This document shows positions 22,578 through 34,795 of a stretch of DNA of 64,000 bases, piece by piece (within the stretch, counting starts at the first letter, position 1; every line of letters begins with the position of its first letter). A program made the translations under genes and the position numbers. The stretch comes from Ranitomeya imitator (lineage: Eukaryota). Location of the stretch: the NCBI RefSeq assembly GCF_032444005.1, contig NC_091287.1, positions 221,340,001-221,404,000 of the forward strand, read 5' to 3'. A model generated the notes under the pieces. The model was not told where the DNA came from. It saw only the letters and a program-made list of their open reading frames with translations, and did no database searches.

Positions 22578-22844
22578 GCTTCCCATCCAGGGATCCAATG
22601 CAGTTTGGAAACTGGCACGTTTTCTCAAAGCCATGGGCTCTCTCCAGCCAGTCTTCTTTTTTGGGCTCATGCATTACCGATTGATGCAGTCAGGACCATG
22701 TTTCAGAGCAAATAGAACGGACAATGCCTGAGATGGTGGATTCTCCAATTAAGAACTCAAGATGAAGAGCCGCATAGGAGAGCCCAGTGGATGGGAATCT
22801 TTCAAGAAAAAATAAATAAAGGACATATCCATGCATCATGTTAA

Positions 22845-23030
22845 AGGGAACCTGTCACCTGAATTTGGCGGGACCGGTTTTCGGTCATATGGGTGGAGTT
22901 TTCAGGTGTTTGATTCACCCTTTCCTTACCCGCAGACTGCAGGCTGGCCGCAATATTGGATTGAAGTTCATTCTCTGTCCTCCGTAATACACGCCTGCGC
23001 AAGGCAATCTTGGTACTATGGCTGCCTTTC
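22845..23030. mobile_element. Truncated Kolobok/T2-type MITE end
   Basis: TTAA|AGGGAACCTGTCAC, the same terminus as the complete MITE at 49437. Confidence 0.65.
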
Positions 23031-23094
23031 GCAAATTAAAGCCATAGTACTCAGTGAAGGTTGCTGGCACCTAATCTCACATTACAGCTATATA

Positions 23095-23236
23095 CAGTGC
23101 CTTGCGAAAGTTTTCGGCCCCCTGGAACTTTTCAACTTTTTCCCACATATCATGCTTCAAACATATAGATACCAAATGTAAATTTTTGGTGAAGAATCAA
23201 CAACAAGTGGAACACAATTGTGAAGTTGAACAAAAA
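23095..23236 (+). mobile_element. Tc1-like transposon 5' terminal fragment
   Basis: TA|CAGTGCCTTGCGAAAGT.TTCGGCCCC, a typical vertebrate Tc1 TIR start. Confidence 0.7.
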
Positions 23237-23776
23237 GGATTAACATGACCTTGGCAAGGTTGACTCCCCGTGACTTCCCCCACCTTTCTTGAATAACCAC
23301 ACCACACCAGTACTTTTGGATAATAATGGTAACAGCAGCCAATTTATTATTAATAATAATAAGAAACCCTTGGTGAGGCCCTCGAAGCTAACCCGATCCT
23401 GGTCTGGTGATTATCCCGTCTGCACTGCCTCTTCCCTCTCAGCCTTACTTCCAGCCGCGCTTTTCTCCAAGCTTGGAAGCACCATGAATTGAGGGAAGAG
23501 GTTGCCTCCACACCGTTAACCTGTACCCGACTCCATCGTTGGGTACCCACCCATCAGTACCGCGCACCCAACCTCCAACATCAGGTGGCCCTCCGGGTCC
23601 CACGATAATGTGACCCCGACTTGCCTCGTTGGGTATCACCCAAGTATCACCAGACCACCAATAAAGTAACTATCCACTGTAGGGGGGTCCCGCAATGCAA
23701 GAATCCCCCCTTTACTGAACTTTTTGCCAGCTTTGAGGACCCACCAATGCCACACCAAGAGCACTTGACCCCCCCT

Positions 23777-24385
23777 TCAAGTGCTCGAGACCCCACCTAC
23801 CAGCCCTGCTGTTGCCCTTCGTATCCCCTCACGCAAGCCCTCAATCCATAAGTCAGTCCCCGCGGTGATTAAATGCACCCCGTCTCCTAACCAACAATCT
23901 CTCTCTGTAGAATCTAAGATTGCGTGACATATTGTCACCCCTCTGTTCTGTGACACAAACTTAGATACCTCTTTGTTAACTTTGACACGGGCTTTGTTAA
24001 TCTTCCACTGACCGTGCCCCTTGCCACTTTCTTCTAGGTACCATGTCAGACCATACTAGCCTCATGTTTGGGCAAGCTAATTCCAGCTGCCTTACATCCC
24101 TTCTGATTTTGGCACTCAGCCCTTTTCCCGAGCTAGACCCCAAGTCATTACCCCCTGCATGTAATACTAATATGTCCGGGACCTCGTAGAGGTATACGGC
24201 CTGGTAAAACACATGTAGTACCTGGCCCCATGTTAAACCCCGGTATTCCAACCACCTAATCACCGCCCTATTTCTTGCAATACCTAACTGTCTCCCGTCC
24301 ATCCGTCAGCCCGCTGTGCTCCCCAGAAAACGTATGAATGTCCTAAGATCCAAATGACGATCAGGACTTGTCCTGTAACAAACCA
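23777..24385 (-). pseudogene. SGNH/GDSL hydrolase domain of the Ngaro-like element
   Basis: WILGHSYVFW (block I), YRGLTW (II), LHAGGNDLG (III), GDGVHL at 23870-23887 (V, manual translation past a frameshift). Confidence 0.85.
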
Positions 24386-24392
24386 AAAGAAA

Positions 24393-25400
24393 TTATTGTG
24401 GTGTACCATCTCTGGGGGGGATCCCTGCCTCATAATCTTGAGGTCGTACGTAAGACCTGTACCGTTGCGACTCCCACCGGCCAATTCGCTTTACTGCTTC
24501 AGGGCTCAGCCTACCCACCACGGCCTCCGTTGCCGCCCCGATCCGAAAGGAATGGCCCGTATATCTGCCAGGATCCACTCCTGTCCTTACCACACACGTC
24601 CGGAATACTTTAATAAATTGATACCTGGACAAAAATGACCCATCCTCGTGACATAGCAGCGGTCCCCTCTGTTTAGGCCTGGTGGCCGAGAATATCCCGA
24701 AACATTTCCACGGACACATGATGGAACCGCTTACCTTTCCCAAAAACACCCTTTTTCCTTTTCCCCTTTGGTCTGTCTTTGATCTCCTAATCCGAAATTC
24801 CAAACCCCCTTTTGTCTTCATGATGTCTTCGGCTAGAATGCCCTCTGCTATCGCCTGGCCTGGTGCTACTAGTTCCCCTATCCTCATGGCTCCGAAGAAT
24901 GTGAGGTAAAAAGCCAACCTAAACAAGCCTACCTCAAAATGTGTCCTGCCCCCTCTAACTGCATTCCTATTTCTCCTAACATGCCAAATGACACCGGCCG
25001 CCTGCTGTCCTTTCTAACCTTTCCCTTCTGGTAACCTTTAATGGCCTGTCTGACTAAAAAACTCTTTGTCAAATCAGTTTTGTTCCTTATTTTAAACCCA
25101 AATGCTAATCCTGCAATTAGTTGACTCATTTTTGCTGCTGACCAACTATCATCTGCGGCCCGCCTAAGTCCCATGAATAACACCCCAATCTGTTCCTCCT
25201 CTGACAAGTCCTCGCTCCCTAGGCCTAGCCATTGTTCCCACTGCCTCCATGACCGTCCGTAAGCCGCCCACGTGCTACTTGTTACGGATGACTCGATCAG
25301 TGGTTCGGCAGCCAGGATGCCACATTCCATAGTCCGGAAGGGCAGGGTAAGCCCTTTCTTCCGCTTCGGGGGCCAACGCTCGAAACCGCTGCCACTGAAA
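24393..25400 (-). pseudogene. Tyrosine recombinase with SAM-like N-terminal domain
   Basis: MRIGEL, IRRSKTDQ, HSFRIGAAT, IGRWES..YRSYVR; the R-K-H-R-W-Y catalytic set is visible. Confidence 0.92.
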
Positions 25401-26899
25401 ATGAGAAAGCGCATCAGCGACCGAGTTAAATTCTCCTGGAACATGAGATGCTGTAACATGAACATTGATAGCGAAGCATTCCAACACCAGCTGCCTCAAC
25501 ACTCTAATTACTGGCGACGAAGACGTGGTGATATTATTTATGGCCATGACCACTCCCATGTTATCGCACTTAAACCGAACCTTTCGGTTCTTCAGCCGAT
25601 CTCCCCATAGTGTTACCGCCACCAGGATTGGGAAAATTTCAAGTAGTGCAATGTTTTTTTATCAACACTGAGCACACCCACTCCTCTGGTCATGCTGCCG
25701 CGCACCACTGCCCCTGACAGTAAGCTCCAAAACCATAACTGCCCGCTGCATCTGTGTATAATTCAATATCCGAATTACAACATCCCCCTTCCATCATCAG
25801 GGAAAGCCCATTGTACTTTTCTAAGAATGTGTCCCAAACTGCCAGATGTGCTTTGTTATCCGCCGTTAATCGCACATAATGATGCGGTGATTTAACGCCA
25901 GCCGTCGCCGCGGCCAATCTCATTGTGAATATCCTGCCCATTGGCATGACTCGACACGCAAAATTTAAACTCCCCAGCAAGGACTGCACCACCCGCAGCT
26001 TCAGTTTTTTAACTCTCCTAGCCCTGCCTATTTCAGATTTCAGAACTGCCAGCTTCTCTCCCGGGAGACGACACTCCCACCATAAAGTGTCGATCATGAT
26101 TCCCAGAAAGGAGATACACGACGTTGGGCCAACAGTTTTGTCGGGAGCCAATGGCACCACGAACTCCTTAGCGACCCACTGCAAACTTTTTAACATGGTA
26201 TCGCATATCTCTGATTGCGCGGGACCTATGCACCAAAAATCATCAAGGTAGTGGATCCACAATCCCAATCCCGTGATATCCTTCACTACTCACTCCAGGA
26301 ATGTGCTAAAGGCTTCGAACAACGAACACGACAACGAGCATCCCATTGGCAAACACCTGTCTATGAAGTACTCTCCCTCCCAATAGCACCCGAGCAACCG
26401 CTGACTATCCGGATGTACCGGCAGTAACCGAAAAGCAGACTCCACATCGGTTTTTGCCATCAGCGCCCCCTTTCCACATTTCCTTACTCAATCTAACACC
26501 AGGTCAAATGATGCGTATAGCACCGAACATAACTCCGGATCGATGCCGTCGTTGACGGACTTACCATGAGGATATGACAGGTGATGGAAACTTGTTCGGT
26601 TCCTTCTTTGGTACAATACCCAATGGAGAAACAACCAAGCCCGATACGGGTGAGGAACTAAACGGACCCGCCATCCGGCCCATCAGCACCTCTTTCCTAA
26701 GTTTCTGTTTTACAACTGTGGGGTGCTGATAGGCCGAACTGAGATTCTTCAGCTTCCGCAGCGTTTGGCACACTGGGGAAGGGATAGAAAACCCGTCCTT
26801 GAAACCTTTGCTAAATAAGTCCGCTTTCTTCCTATCCGGGTACCTATTTAGATAAGGGAGCATCGCGTGTAGTTTGACTGGTGTTTGTCCCTTGACCAT
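25275..26899 (-). pseudogene. DIRS-order reverse transcriptase and RNase H
   Basis: SPLGIVPKKEPNKF, IHYLDDF, LYTDAAGS.GFGA, CDNMGVV, HVPGEFN.VADALS. Confidence 0.92.
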
Positions 26900-28900
26900 G
26901 ACCGGCTCCTACCACCCTACCACCGTACTTCCTAGGACACCTATTGGCCCCATGTGCCGATCCATTACAATTGGAACACGTGCACCTAAATTTACAGCCT
27001 GTTCTGAATTTGCACTGTCCCTCATTGAATTGCCAGCAAAGCCCATGCTTCTGATTCCCGCCCCGGCCTTGGAAGCTCCCTCCTGCCAGGGTTCCTGCGC
27101 TGTATCCAGTATGGCCAGCACCACCGGCCTCTCCCTGAAAGGGCATCCAATGTCTGTGATTCTGAGACAGAATCTGAAGTCACAGGCCAATATCTTTCTG
27201 ATCCCATCTAATAGATGGTCGCATGGCCTTGCACTGACGAAACTGTTCATCATACCGCAGCCAAGCTTGTCCCCCATACGACTTGTGAGCGTCCCCGATG
27301 GCATCCATGTAGCAAAACAATTGAGAGCAGTTTTCTGGCGCCTTTTCCCTAATGACGCTACCTAATATCGTGAAGGCATGCCACCAATTTGAAAAAGCAT
27401 GCGCCACCGTACTCGGTCGCTCCTCTTCCTTCTTCCCCCCTTCCTTTCCTGACTTTGCGCTCAACCTCTCTACAGGCAAAAGAAAGAAAATGTCCACTTA
27501 CTCGTCCTTCCATATTTTTTCCCTCACCTCTTTTTTAAGGTGGATACCCAATTTACCCGTAAAGCAAAAGTATACATCCCCCCGTGCCGTGTCATCTAAC
27601 TGCCCACTCTCCTCATCCCCAGCTGCACAAACTCGGGGGCCCTGATTATATCTTCCCCACCCCCAGGGGCACCAGGCCGCAAGTATAGGCTCATCCAAGC
27701 TGCTAGATGCTCAGGCCCGCGTCCCTCAAAGCCGTCCATTATGTCTGCCATGCTCGCTAGCATTGCCCTCTTTTACCTAGCAGTGGACTCCAGGGACCCT
27801 AAAATGGGGGCTACGCTATCCCCTTGGGATCTCTGGCTCCCCCCATCCCCCTGTAATGGGCCTGCATATGGATATGAAGAAAACATGGAGTCATAATCAC
27901 CAGGCCGCGCGGGAGTCATCCTGGAATCCTCCTCGCCGTCGCTGTCCGCATCCAGGGATGAGGGCCATCTTGTTCCTTGCGACAGGCATCCGTCCTCAGC
28001 ACCCTCATCTAGTGTTCCTTCTTGGCTCCTGTGGCTATACTGCGTGGTGGCCATGCTGTCCCTACTTCTATTCGCCTGCCTGGCTCTGCTCTGGGTTTTT
28101 GCTGGTGGCTCTGGCCCTGCAAGCCGATGTGGGGCCCTGGTTGCCTGGGGGTGCTCACAGCCCTGGGCCATCGCCTTCTGCTATCGCTCGGCCCCAGCTC
28201 CCTTGAAGGAGCCTTTCGGGGGGGCCTAGTCCTTCGTGTTGGTCTCCTCCTCCCCCCTCTTCCCCCACAGGCATCTGGCTGGACGACACAGAATGCTGCA
28301 TTTTTTCCACAGGCGCCTCGCTGGGCAGCCTGCTTCCCGGGGACCTTTGAGAAGGACCCCGGAAACAAGATGGCGCTGCCCATATGTCCCGGCTCTTCTG
28401 CCTGACCGTGTGGGGAACGCTCACACCCCCAGCTGCTTGCGATGTCGGAACTACCGCCGGAAGCCTCCCTGGGGATCCCTTGCCCTGCTGCGCTGCGCTG
28501 CGGGAGGTCTCGCGGTCTCCCTCCTCTGTCCCCCCCGTCGGCTCCGGCCCACATTCTCCCTGCCTCCCCTGCTCAGCGGAGCCTGCAGCATCGGACGCCT
28601 GCGCACTTCTCCTGCGACTGTTGGCAGTGGAAACCCCTGCCCTCCTCCTGCGGGACCCTGAACTGCCCTAACTCCTGTACCCTGGACCTGCCCCAACACC
28701 CGGCACGTGCTACTACCACCACCGCCCACCCCCAGGATACCTTCCGCAATGCTCTCCAATCATCCCGGGGGGTGAGCGCTGGAAACTGCCTGGAGATCAC
28801 GTCCATGTCAGGTAAGAGGTGCCTGCGTGGTGGGAGAGCTTGATGTCTGTCCGGCCGTCTTGGGAGCGAAAGAGGATCACGGCTCCTCCCTGTGTCCTTT
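26844..28900 (-). pseudogene. Gag-like ORF1 of the Ngaro-like element
   Basis: WLRYDEQFRQ and C-terminal CWQFNEGQCKFRTGCKF.C.CS.C.G.HGANRC zinc-finger cluster; low-complexity GC-rich N-terminal region. Confidence 0.75.
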
Positions 28901-29114
28901 TTATCCCCCTTCGGCCCATCTCCTTCTCCCCGTCCTAGGTCACTTCCCCTACATCACTTCCCTTTGTATCAATCCCTTACTTCCTCACTCTACCCACCCC
29001 CCCCTTTCCCTGCCGTCTCCTTGCTTTTTCCCAAATCTTCAAACAAAACAGTCACTCGCCACCTGCCCCGGTCATGCCCTCTCCTTCGGACCCTTCGTGC
29101 CTTATCCGGGGTTT

Positions 29115-29732
29115 ACTTGATCGCTAAACGGCATAGCGAGAAAAAAAAGTCAAAACGCTAGAATTACTTTTTTTTGTCGCCACAACATTGCATTAAAATG
29201 CAATAACGGGTGATCAAAAGATCGTGCCTACACAAAAATGGTATCATTAAAAACATCAGCTCAGCATGCAAAAAATAAATCCTCACCCAACCCGGAAACA
29301 TGAAAAATGGAGATGCTATGAGTATCAGAAAATGGTGCAATTTTTTTTATTTTTAGCAAAGGTTGGAATTTTTTTTCACAACTTAAATAAAAAAGAACCT
29401 AGACATATTTGGTGTCTATGAACTCGTAATGACCTGGAGAATTATAATGGCAGTTTTAACATTTAGTGAACCTAGCAAAAAAGCCAAACAAAAAACAAGT
29501 GTAGGATTGCACTTTTTTTGCAATTTCCCCACACTTGGAATTTTTTTGGTGTTTTCTAGTACACAACATGTTAAAACCAATGGTGTCCTTCAAAAGTACA
29601 TCTCTGCCTGCAAAAAATTAGCCCTCACATGGCCACATTGAGAGAAAAATAAAAAAGTTATGGCCCTGGAAAAAAGGAGAGCGAAAAATGAAAACGCAAA
29701 ACCGAAAAAAGCTCCTGTCGTGAAGCGGTCAA
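29115..29732. mobile_element. Right-hand fragment of the piggyBac-like non-autonomous family
   Basis: Collinear with ~13725-14340; degenerate end gtgaagcggtcaa. Confidence 0.75.
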
Positions 29733-29811
29733 TAGATTCAAATTTTTTGTAGCCATGCATGGAAAATTCTAATATATGTTTAGCTGCAGAGGTCTCCCAC
29801 CTTCGATTTAA

Positions 29812-32294
29812 CCCCTTTCTGACATTAGACATACTATCGCGTCAAGGTGGTATGGGCCCGTATGACCACCGACGGGATAGTACGTCTAACGCGATCAGCC
29901 GTGCTCAAGGGGGGAGAGCAGCCGATCACGGCCGGGTATCAGCTGACTATCACAGCTGAAATCCGGCAATATGTGCCAGGAGCGGTCATGGAGCGCTCCT
30001 GGCACATTAACCCCCGGAACACTCTGAGCAAACATGATCGCAGCGTTACGGCGGCATAGTGAAGCATTACGCTGGGAAAGGGCTCCCGGAGACCCTGAGC
30101 GTCTCCTCCGTCCTCCTCCTTGCAGGCCCCGGATACAAGATGGCCGCAGGGCTCCTTCTGGATCCTGCAGGGAGGTGGCTGGCAAGCGCCTGCTGAGAGC
30201 AGGTGCCGGCAAACCTCCTGCAGTGCCTGTCAGATCTCTGATCTGACACAGTGCATTGCAAAGTGTCAGAGCAGCAATCTGACACTTTACCATGATGTCC
30301 CTGGGAAAAAGTAAAAAAATATATATTTACATGTGTAAAAAAAAAAATCGTAAATAAATAACAAAATATATATATTGTTCCAATAAATACATTTCTTTAT
30401 ATAAATAAAAAAAAACAATAAAAGTACACAGGGTTGGGGTTAAAGTTAGGGTTGTGGCTAAAGTTAGGATTAGGGTTGGGGCTAAATTTAGGGTTGGGGT
30501 TTGGATTATGTTTACAGTTGGGTTAGGGGTGTGTCACAGTTAGGGGTATGGTTAGGATTGGGATTAGGGTTATGGGTGTGTTGGGGTTAGGGGTGTGTTG
30601 GGGTTGGGATTAGGGTTAGGCGTGTGCTGGGGTTAGGGCTGGAGTTAGAATTGGGAGGTTTCCACTGTTTAGGCACACCACGGGCTCTGCAAACACAACA
30701 AGACGTTCGATCTCAATCCATACAATTCTGCATTGAAAAAGTAAAACAGTGCTCCTTCCCTTCCGAGCTCTGCCGTGCGCCTAAACAGTGTGCCCCCCAC
30801 TAGACCCCCACATATGGGGTATCAGCGTACTCAGAACAAATTGGACAACAACTTTTGGGGTCTAAATTCTCCTGTTACCCATGGGAAAATACAAAACTGG
30901 GGGCTAAAAAAATTATTTATTTTCACGGCTCTGCGTTATAAATTTTAGTGAAACACTTGGGGGTTCAAAGTGATCACCACATTCTAGATAAGTTCCGTGG
31001 GGGGTCTAGTTTCCAAGATGGGGTCACTTGTGGGGGGTTTCTACTGTTTAGGCACATCAGGGGCTCTGCAAATGCAACATGACTCCCGCAGACCATTCCA
31101 TCAAAGTCTGCATTCTAAAACGTCACTTCTTCCCTTCCGAGCCATGCGCCCATACAGTGGTTTACCCCCACATATGGGGTATCAGCATACTCAGGACAAA
31201 TTGTACAACAACTTTTGGGGTCCAATTTCTCCTGTTAACCTTGGGAAAATAAAAAATTGGAGGCTAAAAGATCATTTTTGTGGAAAAAAAAGATTTTTTA
31301 CTTTTCATGGCTATACATTATAAACTTCTTGAAACACTTGGTGGTTCAAAGTGCTCACCGCAAATCTAGATAAGTTCCTTAGGGGCTCTACTTTCCAAAA
31401 TGGGGTCACTTTTGGGGGGTTTCCACTGTTTAGGCACATCAGTGGCTCTCCAAACGAGACATGGCGTCCTATCTCAATTCCAGCCAATTTTGCATTGAAA
31501 AGTCAAATGGCGCAATCCCTTCAGAGCTCTGCCTTGCGCCCAAACAGTGGTTTACCCCCACATATGGGGTATTGGCGTACCCAGAACTAATTGTACAACA
31601 ACTTTTGGGGTCCAATTTCTCCTGTTACCCTTGGTAAAATAAAACAAATTGGAGCTGAAGTTATTTTTTTGTGAAAAAAAGGTAAATGTTCATTTTTTAA
31701 AAAACATTCCCAAAATTCCTGTGAAACACCTGAAGGGTTAATGAACTTTTTGAATGTGGTTTTGAACACCTTGGGGGTGCATTTTTTAGAATGTTGTCAC
31801 ACTTGGGTATTTTCCATCATATGGACCCCTCAAAGTGACTTCAAATGTGATGTGGTCCCTAAAAAAAAATGGTGTTGTAAAAATCAGAAATTGCTGGTCA
31901 ACTTTTAACCCTTATAACTCCCTAACAAAAAAAAAATTGGTTTTTGGGGTCCAACATTGTGCTGATGTAAAGTAGACATGTGGGAAATGTTACTTATTAA
32001 GTATTTTGTGTGACATATCTCTGTGATTTAAGGGCATGAAAATTCAAAGTTGGAAAATTGTAAAATTTTCTAATTTTTCGTGAAATTTTCAATTTTTTTT
32101 CAAAAATAAACTCAAGTAATGTCAAGGAAATTTTACCACTAACATGAAGTACAATATGTCACAAGAAAACAATGTCAGAATCACCGGGATTTGTTGAAGC
32201 GTTCCAGAGTTATAACCTCATAAAGGGGCAGTGGTCAGAATTGTAAAAATTGGTCCGGTCATTAACATGTAAACCACCCTTGGGGGTAAAGGGG
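29812..32294. mobile_element. 2.5-kb TTAA-flanked piggyBac-like non-autonomous element with internal repeats
   Basis: TTAA|cccctttctgac ... gggggtaaagggg|TTAA (29808-11, 32295-98). About three copies of a ~380-bp unit start at ~30656, 31034 and 31417. Confidence 0.8.
30431..30655 (+). repeat. Degenerate telomere-like (TTAGGG/TTGGGG) tract inside the transposon
   Basis: ttagggttgtggctaaagttaggattagggttggggctaaatttagggttgggg... Confidence 0.85.
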
Positions 32295-32380
32295 TTAATT
32301 GATTTGTTTGCAATCAGGAAATTGGTGTGTGTACATATTCAGATTGTTTTTAAATTCTGTAAGTTCACTAGGATGGTATC

Positions 32381-32958
32381 TGTCATGTCGGACGCTATTC
32401 ACGCCAGGGCGTCCGACAGACAGCGGTAATTCCACATATGTCCACTATACTCTCAGTGTCGCTGGCTAGACTTGATCCAGGTTGGTACTCGGGTTGGAGG
32501 CTGGGTCACGCCCACGGCCTTTAAATAGTCGTGCTGGACTTCGGGCGTCACCGATTATAGCTTGTGCCTCGTGCCTAGTGATTCCGGTCTGGAGTGGTGG
32601 TCTTGGAGAATATCGTATCTGGTGGTGTATTATCCTTTGTTATATTTCTCCTTCCTATATTTGTATTTGTTTTGCCCTGTGCACATTATTGTGTTTTCCT
32701 GTGTGTCTGCGGTGTGGTGCATTTTAAGTTTTCCCTGTCTGTGCTTTCTGGGGGGGTTGGTGTGTGGTCTCTTCACTGGGTGGCGGGTGGTGGTTTCAGC
32801 GTATGGCTGAAACAGGAGTCAGGGCCAGGCCTGGTGGCCCAGACAAGCACACCTTTAGTGTAAATTCTGGGAGAGGGACAGACAGGGTTCCCCCTAGTCT
32901 GAGGGATATCGCAGGGGCCCGGGTAACCAGCCTTATCGTCCCTAGGTTCCCCGTGACA
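32381..32958. mobile_element. Solo LTR
   Basis: TGTCATG...CGTGACA; perfect 5-bp TSD GTATC (32376-80, 32959-63). Confidence 0.9.
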
Positions 32959-33239
32959 GTATCTTGACAAAGAGTGCATGTCATACGAAACGTGTCAAAA
33001 GATGCCTGCAGTCTCTTTTTTGTGAACACACAATTTTAATTTTTGCTTCATGTACATTGAAAAATAAAATGCACTTTTTTGGACTTCATATGTGAGCTGG
33101 ATTTTTCTGCTTTCTTCATTAGATGTTGCACCTTGACCAGGTACTATCCGTGCTCCAGATGTGTGGAATTGCAGGTGGTGAGCTGTATTTTCTTCTGTGA
33201 TTAAGATGTCTGATGTCCCAGCCTCTGACTCTGTCCCAG

Positions 33240-34190
33240 ACTCCACCAGGTTAACCCAATGTGCTGTCAGGGAAATGTAAATGTATCGTCGCTGTCCACA
33301 AAAAATTGTCCAAGTGTCTGTGGTTAGGTGGACCTTCCCTATGATTGCATTGGCCAGAGCACGGCTGATATTGTGTAATGTAATGTTATGTAATGTGGGG
33401 ACGGCATACTAGGAAATATTGTGTTGGCTGAGAATCGAGTATCATAGGGCTGCCAACGCCAAAAGCTCGCGGAAAGACTCAGTTCCCACAAGTCAAAACT
33501 GCAACATTTCTAGGGCTAGCAATCTGGAAATGTAGGTGTTTAGCGATTGGGCCTGTGGGTGGGTGGCTGGATATTTCTGCTTTCTAGAAAATGTCTACGG
33601 AAGGGACAACTGAACGTTGTGTTGGGACAACGAAGTGGATGTGGTTATGTGTGTGCAACCACTGGTTGTGGGCAGGGGGCATCAGCACCTGCTTCACGGT
33701 CAGCAGACTGGCTGTAACACAGAGGAAGGAGCATAGGTTTCACCCTCTGACCCAGATTTGGTACCCAGGCGTTCCGCTCACTGTGACTGTGGTGCATAGC
33801 TGCCATGTGCTTTTGCATACTGGTGGTGCTCAGGTTGGCAGTGTTCTTGTCTCTTCTTAGTTTGGTTTGGCAGATGCTGCAAATTACAGTTGTTTTATCT
33901 GAAGGACTTTCAGAAAAAACTGCCATACAGGGGAACAAAGCACATTTGGCCTGTTATTTAGCTGAGTGGGGGGCTCTGTGGAACAGTTGACAGAGTTCTT
34001 CCTCTGGGAAAACCACTCCCTCTCCTTTCCTGTTTTCATGCTATGGATCCATTCCTCTCTGCACTGCTGTGCTCTCTAGGCGTGTCACCGTGTCAGATTG
34101 AATCAGTGGCCTCATCATCGACTACATCATCATCCAATTCCTCAATCTGATACTCCTTCTGAGCTGTGATTTGAGGCTGACCTGATGACA
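33240..34190 (-). pseudogene. Decayed hAT (ZBED-like) transposase N-terminal fragment
   Basis: BED finger VICSICQTKLRR..N.ANLSTTSMQKHM..MH; downstream FRLVGTESFREL and LTTDTW motifs in broken frames. Confidence 0.8.
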
Positions 34191-34759
34191 ACTGTAAGAA
34201 ACACAATCTCAAATACAGATACTATAGTCTATAGCAAAGTCCCGGGATTGTCAACCAGGACTAATATGGGTATGTACCCTCTGGAACTCCCAAACAACAT
34301 ATAACTACCAAAAAATGGAGCATAATGACCACTAAACAATTCAAAATATTAAAAAAGTATACAGCTCTAATAACAAAATACATAAAAAAGACAATCAATA
34401 TAACACATATCAAAAAAGAGAGCTATTCGAATTTGGCCAAGGTACACCACTAAAACAATGGTGTTACGTCACAGGTACAGTATATGACATGGAGAAAGGT
34501 AATTCTTATATTCTAGCACATATGCTAATTACCCCTAGCAAAAAAAAATTTTTTGCATATAAAGAAACAGTGCAGAATTTTGTATAACATACAGGGGAAT
34601 GGCACATCCCTACTGCTATATAGATAGATTGTAATCAAATTTCATCAGGATTTGTCTGGTCAGTCACCACTCATGAACAAAAAATCCATGTAGCAGAGGG
34701 GCTATTGCTAACATCTAGTAATTCTTACCCATGTCAATATCCATGAGTGCAAGCATGCG

Positions 34760-34795
34760 CCCCTACGTGCATTTCACTTCCGCTTCCTGGGGAGG
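34760..34795 (-). ncRNA. Decayed hammerhead ribozyme (3' pLTR copy)
   Basis: Minus strand reads ccuc-cccagga-a-gc(ggaa)gu-gaaa-ugcacg-ua-gggg; core U4 and G5 are mutated. Confidence 0.6.

Larger units (their letters stand above)
15808..22800 (-). pseudogene. Second Harbinger transposase, split by two LTR insertions (coding pieces ~22578-22800 and 15808-16500)
   Basis: Removing the inserts restores EDWLERAHGFEKRASF.NCIGSLDGKHIRVCKLPNSGSQYY..KQFFSVVL...VADEAF...LHSF...DVFTNYFVSPEGYTPWQ. Confidence 0.9.
23250..29110 (-). mobile_element. Ngaro-like tyrosine-recombinase (DIRS order) retrotransposon, decayed
   Basis: Order is gag-like, RT, RNase H, YR, SGNH hydrolase. RH and YR frames overlap and there is no methyltransferase. 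Terminal split repeats were not resolved. Confidence 0.88.

Noticed and set aside
23250-23770. Split direct repeats (A1...B1-A2-B2) expected for Ngaro
   Set aside because: Only short matches (e.g. ccttacttcc) to 28900-29110 were visible by eye, which is not enough to call. Needs a dot plot.
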